A stretch of DNA of 63,727 nt, filler included, from Thraustochytrium aureum (taxonomy: Eukaryota), in assembly GCA_012862495.1 (NCBI GenBank). It is 5 parts of 4 records of this genome, joined end to end, with 100 filler letters (N's around TTAATTAATTAA, not from the genome) between each part and the next. Parts side by side here need not be neighbours in the genome. Positions count along the whole stretch, not along the records: positions 1 to 21,313 come from BLSG01000178.1; 4 more parts are not named here. One strand, given 5' to 3'. The number at the start of each line of letters is the position of its first letter. The stretch's first letter is position 1. Shown here in pieces: positions 1-9,626 of the stretch. The translations under genes were made by a program, and so were the position numbers. The notes below the pieces were generated by a model. It was not told the origin of the DNA. It did no database searches and was given only the letters and a program-made list of their open reading frames with translations.

Positions 1-119
1 CGCTGGCCGGCACTGCTGCTGCTGCTGCTGCTGCTGCTGCCGGCGTCGCTGAGGATGGCCTGGTAGGTTTTCGCGCGACGCTGGATGTCGCTCCTCGACT
101 TGTTTTCTTTTCTGTCCAT
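1..119 (-). CDS. 5' end of an unknown protein running off the window (MDRKENKSRSDIQRRAKTYQAILSDAG + poly-Ser)
   Basis: ATG at 119 on the minus strand, open to the window edge; the (CTG)n run at ~13-40 encodes poly-Ser. No homology recognised. Confidence 0.35.
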   Translation of the reverse strand, partial: MDRKENKSRSDIQRRAKTYQAILSDAGSSSSSSSSSAGQ

Positions 120-177
120 CGATTGCGGCTCGCTGCGGCGGGAGGAAAGGCTCGCCGGCGACCCAAAGCTCGCTCGG

Positions 178-340
178 TTAATCGCTCGCCCAACATTTTA
201 ATTAATTAATCGCTCGCCCAACAGTCGCTCGCCCAACAGATGCAGAACAGAAGATCGAAGGCGGTCAATCATCAGGTGAGCGCGGCTGGGCTAGTGACAG
301 AAGATCGAAGGCGGTCGATCATCAGGCGGGCCCGCTGGGC
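178..340. repeat. Short direct repeats: TCGCTCGCCCAACA x3 and ACAGAAGATCGAAGGCGGTC(A/G)ATCATCAGG x2
   Basis: Copies are directly visible at ~182, ~210, ~224 and at ~247, ~297. Confidence 0.8.
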
Positions 341-681
341 GATGACCGGCAAGCAAGTTCGGAACGCCTTGCTGTTGACACGCTGGCAGAAGCAAGCGTT
401 CGGATCACAGAAGCGGTAAAGATCGTTTAGGCTTCGAGCGAGGCGGCGCGCAGGCCGCTCTCGTCCCGGCCCTGGTTTGTTACGTAAATACAGGATCATT
501 TGCGGGGGAGGGGGGCGTCCTGGAGGAAACCGTCTGGCCAAGCAGACTCCAGGCAAAGGCGGCGCGCTGCAGCAGCCTCATCCACCGAGGCTGCAGCTCC
601 AACAACTGCGCGACGCCCTGGGGCTGTATATACAATGCGGGCCCATGCCGTCGCCGGAGCGCTCACTGTACAAGCAGGCGG

Positions 682-925
682 TCAACACACGCGCAGATGC
701 GCGGGCACGTTCCGTACATTGTCGAGCAGAATGACCGCCTGCCCGGACTGCGCGTTCGTGTACCTTACTTGATCGGCGCCCGTGAGCGGCGAGCTCGGCC
801 GCAGCGACTCGATCGGCGCCAGCCGAAACCCGTCCGGGTTGCGCTTGCGCGCCCTGCTGTGCAATCAGCGCGATCCTCGCCTGGAGGTCGCCGCCGACCG
901 CAACTCCACCGTCCCTCGGCGCCAT
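682..925 (-). CDS. Small orphan protein (~80 aa), paralog of 2901..3173; one frameshift at ~852-854
   Basis: MAPRDGGVAVGGDLQARIALIAQQ (frame of ORF 578..925) joins ARKRNPDGFRLAP...YTNAQSGQAVILLDNVRNVPA (ORF 682..864) if one G of a GGG run is removed. The joined protein aligns end to end with the 2901..3173 product. Confidence 0.65.
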
Positions 926-1074
926 CTACCGATCCCTTCTGTCCTGTTCCTGTCCTCCGGGCGCGTACGACCTGGGCAAAAAAAAGGCAGCTCGCTCTGC
1001 TTGTGCGCTTGCCCACTCGAGCTCGCTCCGGGCACCACTTGGCGTGTGTCTGCACGTGATCGATGTTCTCGTGC

Positions 1075-1150
1075 GCTGCTCGTGCAATTCGGCTCGGGCG
1101 CTGCTCGTGCAATTCGGCTCGGGCTCTGCTCGTTGCAATTTCGGGTCTGC
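1075..1150. repeat. ~25-bp tandem repeat GCTGCTCGTGCAATTCGGCTCGGGC x~3
   Basis: Directly visible; the third copy is degenerate. Confidence 0.8.
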
Positions 1151-1352
1151 CTCGGCGCGCATCTCGCGCTCTCCTGCGCTTCCGCGCCTTGCGGGACGGC
1201 CGGCACCTAAACGCCTATCTCCGCCACAATTCCGGCCCCCTTGGCACCACCGGCCGCGCGGCCGCACGCACGGCCGGCAGGTCCCGCCTCCACACGCTCG
1301 CCCGAACCCGCCACTAATTGACGCTGGTGCGCGCCAGAGGGAGGCGGTATCC

Positions 1353-1374
1353 CCTCTCTCTCTCTCTCTCTCTC
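1353..1374. repeat. (CT)n microsatellite
   Basis: Directly visible. Confidence 0.9.
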
Positions 1375-2900
1375 AGGAGAAGGGCATCGCGGAAAGCTGA
1401 ACCATACGTTCACCATCATGATCGTCATACTTCGCCTGCGCTGACTCCTCTGTCCAGCGCACCGGCGGCGCGAGCGCTCTCAATGGCGCTGTGAGGAAAC
1501 AAACTCAGGAAAGGGACGCGGAGGAGCCGGCCGCGTGTGAGGCGCGCGTGTGCTGATGGAGGGAGGGCGATGACTCTGGAGCGTGCGGGCGAGAGAGAAC
1601 TCACGCCAAACTCGAGTTCGTTGCGGTTGGCTTCTCAGATTTGGTTTATTTTATTTATTTATTTATTTTTGATCGTAATCATGATCTTAGAACGGACGAG
1701 AATGAGGCAGCAGGAGGAGGGAAAGTGCACCGTATCGAAGGAGCGCGAGACTTCCGCGCGCCGTTCTCGCGTCCCACGCTCACAGCGTACACCTTGAAAG
1801 CACTGGCAGCACCAAAATCAACCCGACCAGCGCAAGGAGGACGCGGCGCTTTGTGCTACTACCAAGNNNNNNNNNNNNNNNNNNNNNNNNNNNNNNNNNN
1901 NNNNNNNNNNNNNNNNNNNNNNNNNNNNNNNNNNNNNNNNNNNNNNNNNNNNNNNNNNNNNNNNNNNNNNNNNNNNNNNNNNNNNNNNNNNNNNNNNNNN
2001 NNNNNNNNNNNNNNNNNNNNNNNNNNNNNNNNNNNNNNNNNNNNNNNNNNNNNNNNNNNNNNNNNNNNNNNNNNNNNNNNNNNNNNNNNNNNNNNNNNNN
2101 NNNNNNNNNNNNNNNNNNNNNNNNNNNNNNNNNNNNNNNNNNNNNNNNNNNNNNNNNNNNNNNNNNNNNNNNNNNNNNNNNNNNNNNNNNNNNNNNNNNN
2201 NNNNNNNNNNNNNNNNNNNNNNNNNNNNNNNNNNNNNNNNNNNNNNNNNNNNNNNNNNNCTCACAAGCCCACACCTTAGCGCAACCCGTCCAAAAAAAAA
2301 AACCTTTTCAAGGAATAACAAAATGAAAAAAAAACATGAACACGAATAACATGAAAAAGTAAAAGTAAAAAATGAAAAAAAGCAAAATAAAAGGGCCCAC
2401 AAACGCCCCCCAAAGGCGCCCACAACATAAACGAATATCGGCACAACCCGACAAACATCCGTTAAAACACCAAGGTGATATTTCGGCGCGGCGTAGGTTT
2501 ATTGAGCCGGGAAAAGGGCGGCGCCGGGCGACCCGCAGGACGCGCAGACGGAAAGGCAGGCGGCCATTGTCGAGACTCGAGCGCGCGAGGACTCCAGCTA
2601 GAGGTACTTTCGCTGAGTGCGCGCGGCCACAGAGCGACGGAGTGCAAGCGATCGGTTGGCGAGGCGCAAGGCGGCCGCGGCTCCTGCGGCGCGGGTTGGT
2701 GCTCGTTGGTTTGGGGATTTCGGGCGCGGGTTGACGCACGCTGCTGCGAGAGCGCCGGCCACGCACGCTCGAAGGCGCGCTCGAAGCGCGACGCAAGGCG
2801 AGGCTGGAGCGCGAGAAGGTCGGCAAGACGGCGGGGTTGGAGCAGGCAGGGGAGGGCAAGCGGAGGAAGGTGGAGGGCAAGGCGCGCGGGCTGGAACGGG

Positions 2901-3173
2901 ATGGCGCCGCACGCTGGGACAGAAGGGGGGCAGTCGGCCGCGTTGTCTGACCTGCAAAAGCGGATCGATATGATCGCGTCCCAGGCGAAGACCCGCAACC
3001 CGGACGGGTTTCGCCTCGTGCCGCTGTCGCCCACGCTGAGCGAACGGTCCTCCGGAAGCGAGGCCTCGAGCGAGGCTGGCAACTACATGAACACCTACAG
3101 CGGCCAGCTCGTGCAGGTGCTTGACTCGGCGCGCAACATCGACGCCGCCATGCTCCAGGCCGTGTTCCTCTGA
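2901..3173 (+). CDS. Small orphan protein (90 aa), paralog of 682..925
   Basis: Intact ORF MAPHAGTEGGQSAALSDLQKRIDMIASQAKTRNPDGFRLVP...YMNTYSGQLVQVLDSARNIDAA with coding-like codon bias and protein-level similarity to the copy on the opposite strand. Confidence 0.7.
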   Translation: MAPHAGTEGGQSAALSDLQKRIDMIASQAKTRNPDGFRLVPLSPTLSERSSGSEASSEAGNYMNTYSGQLVQVLDSARNIDAAMLQAVFL

Positions 3174-3503
3174 GACGGATAGACGTCGACGCAGGGCCCA
3201 TACGCTGCCTCGGTGAAAGCCACGCGCTCACCCGCCATCGCACGCCCAGCACAACTGGGCTGCCGGTGGCAGGCAGCACCATGACAAGCCTGGCCGGTGC
3301 TCGTTTTCCTATTTCGCTGAACCGCTGCCCACGCGCGCGCTACCCACTTCCTTGGACTGTTTGTTGCCGTGGCGGCCGGCTGTCTTCTACTCTCGAATTT
3401 TCCACTATGACTACCACACAAGCCCTGCTGTACAAAAACCATGATGCGTTTCGAACTCGTCTCTCGCTGCTTGCTCCACTGCCCGAGCGAGCTGTATGGC
3501 GCC

Positions 3504-3563
3504 CTATGTAGCACGCTATGTAGCACGCTATGTAGCACGCTATGTAGCGCGCTATGTATGTAG
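3504..3563. repeat. 12-bp tandem repeat CTATGTAGCACG x~4.5
   Basis: Directly visible. Confidence 0.9.
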
Positions 3564-4657
3564 AGCATACCGCCGAGCAAGCTGGGTCGGGGCAGCCGCA
3601 CGTCATGTGCCTGGTGCCCTCGCTCGCAGAGCCAGAGTGGCGGGCGGGCGTGCTGGTGGGCGCGCAGCGAGCCCGCGACGGCGATGCTAGGCAGGCGCAT
3701 TTGGGTAGCCTCTGTGAGCCAGGGCCTGTTGCTCTGCCGCCCCCAATCCCCCCCTGGCGATGCAGGGTGCCCTTTCGGTGGTCTGGCGCCCAAAACATTT
3801 GAGAGGCGTTTCGAGCGCGCCGACGGAACGGGAACGCCACGAGCACCACCCAGGCTCGTCCGGACGCTTTGTCGCATCTTCCTAACTCCCTCNNNNNNNN
3901 NNNNNNNNNNNNNNNNNNNNNNNNNNNNNNNNNNNNNNNNNNNNNNNNNNNNNNNNNNNNNNNNNNNNNNNNNNNNNNNNNNNNNNNNNNNNNNNNNNNN
4001 NNNNNNNNNNNNNNNNNNNNNTCTCTAGCTAGAGCTAGCTGGAGTGGCTTGCGAGAGTACCCTACCTGCCTTCATCACGGCCTCCATCACGCTGTCGACG
4101 CCGCCCAAAGAAAGGGCCGTAGTGAGGGTCGGTCACGAAGCATTTGCCCTGGCCAAGCTGGCCATCCAAGAGAGCAGCGCGCCTCGCCGCGCTCTCCGAG
4201 GCGACAGAAATCTTGCTGCGCCTCTCTGGCGCTCTCGGAGGCACCGGATGGAGTGCTGTTGGCTGCACCTGCGCCGCCAACGGATAAAGCTTGGTGCATG
4301 TGCAACGGACATTCCCCCTCCATCGATCGCAGCTCGCTCAACCTGCAAAACCGGCGGCGCGAGGAGGTCGAGCCTAACAGCGCGCGCGCAAGGCGTCCTG
4401 GCCGCGGTCGAATCGAGGCGTGTGACGAGCGAGCGGGTTTTATCGCCGCAGCAACGCCGGCCAGCCGCAGGTCCCACCCGCCGTGCCGCTCCGCGAACGC
4501 CTGCCTCCAGCTTCGGCCAAAAAAGGCGAACGCCTAGCGGAGACGCCTAGTGAAGACGCCGGTGGATCGGCCAGGCTGGCATTCGTCAGGGCGGTCGAGG
4601 CGCGCGGGGCGCATCCCCGCCTGCGCTGCTGCACAGGGCAGGTGCAAGGGCAGCAGG

Positions 4658-5819
4658 ATGGGCGGAGGCGCCTCAAGGGCGCCGCCACCAGACGCAGAGG
4701 CGGTCAAGGTTGCCAGGCAGCTATCCAGGTACCTCAGTGACGAGAAGAAGCGCGAGCAAGACCGACTCAAGGTCCTTATTCTCGGCACCGGCAACTGTGG
4801 CAAGTCAACGTTTCTTAAACAGTTCCGACTGCATTATGCAGCAGACGGAATCGGCGACCTGGCCGGGTTTCGCTCCACCGTGTCCCTCAACGTGCTGCGC
4901 GGGCTCCGCAGAGCGGTCGAAGTGGCCCGATCGACTAGCATTGAAGACATATTGGGACCAAAGGTAGACCTCGCCAAGAACGGGACAAGCAACGGCGAAA
5001 GCATCTTGCATCAAGCCACAAAGGACATGTACGAGCTGCTCTCAGAGAACAAGGGCACAGACCTCTGGGGCACTATGGTCGACGGCGACAAGCAGGTCGC
5101 CGTGGCAGACGCCTGCCTGAAAATTTGGGAAGACCCGCTCGTCAAGCGGACGGCCTCGCAAACCCGGCAGCTGATCGAAGAACCGGTAAAGTACTTTATG
5201 TCAAACTTCGAAAGGGTGCGCAAGAGCACATATCTGCCAACGGAAGAAGACGCGCTTCATCTCCGCCAACGCACGATCGGGGTGCGCTCCATCATGATCA
5301 ACTTTGAGGGCTACGAGCTCCAGCTCGTCGACGTTGGCGGGCAGAAAAGCGAGCGCCGCAAGTGGGTGAGTCACTTTCAAGGCGTGACTGCAATCATGTA
5401 CATCGTTTCCGTCGGCGATATCGACTCGACGATGCTGGAGGGACGACACCAAGAACCGCATGCAAGACGCGCTCGAAAACTTTGAGTTTATCGTCAACTG
5501 CCCATACTTTGAGTCAACCAACATCATCCTCATCCTCAACAAGAAGGATGTTCTTTTGCGCAAGTCGCGCGAGGAGAACCTCGATCCGCGCGTGGCGTTC
5601 CCGGAGTATAACGGCCCCACTGGCGACTACCGCAAAACGATCGATTTTATTCGGGCCCAGTTCATCAGCCGATTCAATAAGGCCAAGGCGGACCTCACGA
5701 GCGACAAGAAACCACAAATATCAGTCTACAATACCGTCGGCACGTGCCCAACCAACGTGCAAAACGTTTTCAACTCGTGCCGGGCCATCCTGCTCAACCG
5801 AGCATTCGGTGGTGTGTAG
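4658..5819 (+). CDS. Heterotrimeric G-protein alpha subunit (frameshift at ~5440)
   Basis: MGGGAS myristoylation-type N-terminus, GTGNCGKST (G1), RQRTIG (switch I), DVGGQKSERRKW (G3), NKKD (G4). Removing one G from GAGGGAC gives MLEDDTKNRMQDAL and joins ORFs 4550..5485 and 5460..5819. Confidence 0.95.
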
Positions 5820-6124
5820 CCAAAGCAGCGCTCGCCGGCCAGCTGGCCCAGAAGCGCGGCGTCTTGTCGACGCCGTTGTTTCAGGGTTGGCCTGGTGCGT
5901 GCTAGAGTTGCCGAGGCTTTGCTCTGCGGCGCGGCTAAGCGCAAAGGGTCTGCGTTCGGGGCAAGTGCGCCTCGTGCGCCAGTGCCGTATTCCCCTGGCT
6001 TTTCCTTTCTTTCCTTCGCTTTCAATCAAGGCGACGATCGATCTCTCGATCTCTCGATCTCGCTGCATGATCGTCAATCGAGTTTGGGGTAGTAAGTAGA
6101 AACAAACAGAATAGATGTGTTGTG

Positions 6125-8222
6125 TTAGTTATGCGCCAGTCCGCGACCCGCGGCGGCGACAAGCAGCATCGCAACCCAGACGTTCCGAGGCCCGTGCAAC
6201 GTTGCCGCGCTCGTGGACTCCTCGTGACAGCAACCGCAAAAAGTCGCCGCCCTCGGGGCAAAACTCCGGGTCCCAAACAAAGTTGACCTGAGGCTGCGTT
6301 GCATTGCTGCGCTGTCGACAGGCTCCACCTCGAGCTTGTTTTTCAGTGCGCAAGCCTCGCGCGAGATGCACTCCCCGCCCTTAAAGTTGGCCGAGCACTT
6401 CTCCTCCGGCAAGCACTGGTTCCGCGTTGGCGAGGCCGTGGGCGTACGCGTCTTTTTGGGAGCGCAGCAGCAGCATGGCACGTCAGAGGAGGCAAACAGC
6501 TCGCATAATTGATCGCGGCACTCGTGCGTGTCCTGGTCGCAACGATCCTTCTCAATGCACTGCCCACCTGTCTCTAGCTTGCACTTGTCGCTCGGGCGGC
6601 ATTGCGTCGGGCTCGTCGTCGGCAGTGGGGTCGGCGACACAGTAGGCTTCCTTGTGGCATCTCGCGGCACGCAGCAGCAGCACGAAGCGCTTGTTCCGAA
6701 TATGCCGCACATCTGGGCAGAGCAAGTGTGCGTGCGCTCATCGCATTCGGTCTTGTCAACGCACTCGCCCCCGTTTACTTTGCACTTGTCGGTGTTCGGG
6801 CACCGGGTCGGCGACCCCGTCGGCTTGCGGGTCTCGCGCGGCTTGCAGCAGCAGCACTCGTCGCCTTGGACGCCAAACAGGCTGCACAACTTGGGTACGC
6901 ACTCATGAGTCAACGGGCACTCATTCTTGTTCGTCAGGCACTTGCCCTTTTCGGCCTCGCACGCTGTGGCTTGCTTGCAAGAAGCTGTCGGTTGCGGTGT
7001 CGGCGCGATGCAGCACACGCACTCGTCGGTGTTGAGGTTGCAGAGTCCGTCGATCACTTTGCCCTGGCAGTCGGCCGGATCCTTGCAAAGTCCTCCCTTG
7101 CTTACGCACGATTCGACCTCGCGCGGACACAGTTTCGTGCTGGGCGCGTTGGTAGGGGCAGTGGTCGGCCGGCGGGTCTTGGGTTTACAGCAACCGCACT
7201 CCTCGTTCGGCGTTGTCGTGTCGGCACAGAGCTCCAAGACCCAGTCAAAGAGGTCAGGGTCGCATTCATCCTTGCCTATGCATTTGCCGCCTTGGAGCTT
7301 GCACTTGTCAGTTGTGGTGCAGGTGTCCTTGGGAGTNNNNNNNNNNNNNNNNNNNNNNNNNNNNNNNNNNNNNNNNNNNNNNNNNNNNNNNNNNNNNNNN
7401 NNNNNNNNNNNNNNNNNNNNNNNNNNNNNNNNNNNNNNNNNNNNNNNNNNNNNNNNNNNNNNNNNNNNNNNNNNNNNNNNNNNNNNNNNNNNNNNNNNNN
7501 NNNNNNNNNNNNNNNNNNNNNNNNNNNNNNNNNNNNNNNNNNNNNNNNNNNNNNNNNNNNNNNNNNNNNNNNNNNNNNNNNNNNNNNNNNNNNNNNNNNN
7601 NNNNNNNNNNNNNNNNNNNNNNNNNNNNNNNNNNNNNNNNNNNNNNNNNNNNNNNNNNNNNNNNNNNNNNNNNNNNNNNNNNNNNNNNNNNNNNNNNNNN
7701 NNNNNNNNNNNNNNNNNNNNNNNNNNNNNNNNNNNNNNNNNNNNNNNNNNNNNNNNNNNNNNNNNNNNNNNNNNNNNNNNNNNNNNNNNNNNNNNNNNNN
7801 NNNNNNNNNNNNNNNNNNNNNNNNNNNNNNNNNNNNNNNNNNNNNNNNNNNNNNNNNNNNNNNNNNNNNNNNNNNNNNNNNNNNNNNNNNNNNNNNNNNN
7901 NNNNNNNNNNNNNNNNNNNNNNNNNNNNNNNNNNNNNNNNNNNNNNNNNNNNNNNNNNNNNNNNNNNNNNNNNNNNNNNNNNNNNNNNNNNNNNNNNNNN
8001 NACCGGTGGCAAGCAGCAGACGCAGCCCCCGGCGGGGTTGTTGGCATTGCAGAGGTCAGGGTCGATCGTAAATCCGAGCGAAGTGTCGCACTCATCTTGC
8101 ACGCCGCACTTGCCGCCCTGCGTGAGGCAGTTGTCGCTTTCAACGCAGGCGGCTTGCGCGCTGACAACTACGATCATGAGGAACGCAAACAGCGCCACTG
8201 GGGCCTTGTACGACATCGTCAT
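6125..8222 (-). CDS. Secreted cysteine-rich repeat protein with Pro/Thr linkers and a hydrophobic C-terminus (possible GPI anchor); spans gap 7337-8001
   Basis: Signal peptide MSYKAPVALFAFLMIVVVSAQA. At least 7 visible units of C-x4-5-C-x4-5-GxC-x4-5-C-...-LC-...-CxCC separated by xPTxSPT linkers. The same repeat type occurs on both sides of the gap. Confidence 0.85.
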
Positions 8223-9626
8223 TTCGAATGCAGGCCACGTCAACTCGGCTGGAGAAAATTTGGCTCCTTTCCGCTGTGCTTGAATGCCGCTGCTTTGTTG
8301 ATGACTCTTCACCTGCCTCCAGCTCGAATGGGATTGGGATCTGGTCAGCTCGGATCAAGCGTATGATTTCTGGGAGCATAATCTACGCAGCAGTCCCTCG
8401 ATCTAGCGAGCCGTTCTGTCGCGATGGCCCTTCAGGATCTCACTGCAGCCTGAGGGTGGAACGAACAGCAATCTATACGATTTTTGGAGCACCCTGGGCG
8501 CTGCCATACCTCCAGGCGCTATGTGGATGTCGAAAGTGCCCCCTTTTGGTGAGCGCGCTGGCTTTGATTGAGCGACTCGCTCGCACACCCGCGCCGGAAC
8601 ATGGCCTGCAGCACGTCAACAACATGCGCCACACGACCTTCAGCCACAGCGGGTGGCAGCAGATGGATCCCGCGGCCATGTGGCCGTGCTCTGCCCGCCT
8701 GCCGAAACCAAGAAAGACCTTGCCCAAGCCAAGCGCCGTCCGCTCGCAGCGCGCGGACCAGGTCCGAGCGAGATCCAGCACGACTGAGGTCCTCCGAGTC
8801 CTTTCGGGTCCCCTTCCGAGGTCAAGCCCTGCGAGCCAATCCAGCTGGATCCTCCATGCTCCTTCCAATTAGCGTCCTCCTTGCTCCGTCCGTCTTGCTG
8901 CTGCCCGTCCCGCGACGGATTCGATGGCCGCTTGGCGCGTGGCCTGCATCTTCGGCCCCACATTCGCCACGTTTCGGGAGCCTGTCGCGGCCATCGCAAA
9001 ATCGCGACATGAACGCCAAAAAAAGGCGAAAATCTCGCATCGCGAAGACCCCTCTCATCCAANNNNNNNNNNNNNNNNNNNNNNNNNNNNNNNNNNNNNN
9101 NNNNNNNNNNNNNNNNNNNNNNNNNNNNNNNNNNNNNNNNNNNNNNNNNNNNNNNNNNNNNNNNNNNNNNNNNNNNNNNNNNNNNNNNNNNNNNNNNNNN
9201 NNNNNNNNNNNNNNNNNNNNNNNNNNNNNNNNNNNNNNNNNNNNNNNNNNNNNNNNNNNNNNNNNNNNNNNNNNNNNNNNNNNNNNNNNNNNNNNNNNNN
9301 NNNNNNNNNNNNNNNNNNNNNNNNNNNNNNNNNNNNNNNNNNNNNNNNNNNNNNNNNNNNNNNNNNNNNNNNNNNNNNNNNNNNNNNNNNNNNNNNNNNN
9401 NNNNNNNNNNNNNNNNNNNNNNNNNNNNNNNNNNNNNNNNNNNNNNNGTACCGGTGGAGTAAGGAACAGTCAATGTGTCGTCGAGGCGTCTCTGCGCGTG
9501 ATTGGTGGCGTAGCCGAGAGGCCCACGAAGCGCACCGCCTTCCGAATGCAGGCCGGCCGCCGCGACGCTGTACTACAGTAGAATTGGTTGATTGATTTCA
9601 AGATTTCTATTGATTGAAAGAAAGCG

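Noticed and set aside
1867..2259. ORFs in the track that run through N gaps (also at 9063-9447, 41625-42533, 45366-46038, etc.)
   Set aside because: Their length comes from untranslatable Ns; not counted unless flanking sequence had independent support.
4658..5819. Physical clustering of Galpha with the cNMP-RGS gene as a signalling locus
   Set aside because: They are ~56 kb apart with four artificial joins between them, so linkage cannot be claimed.
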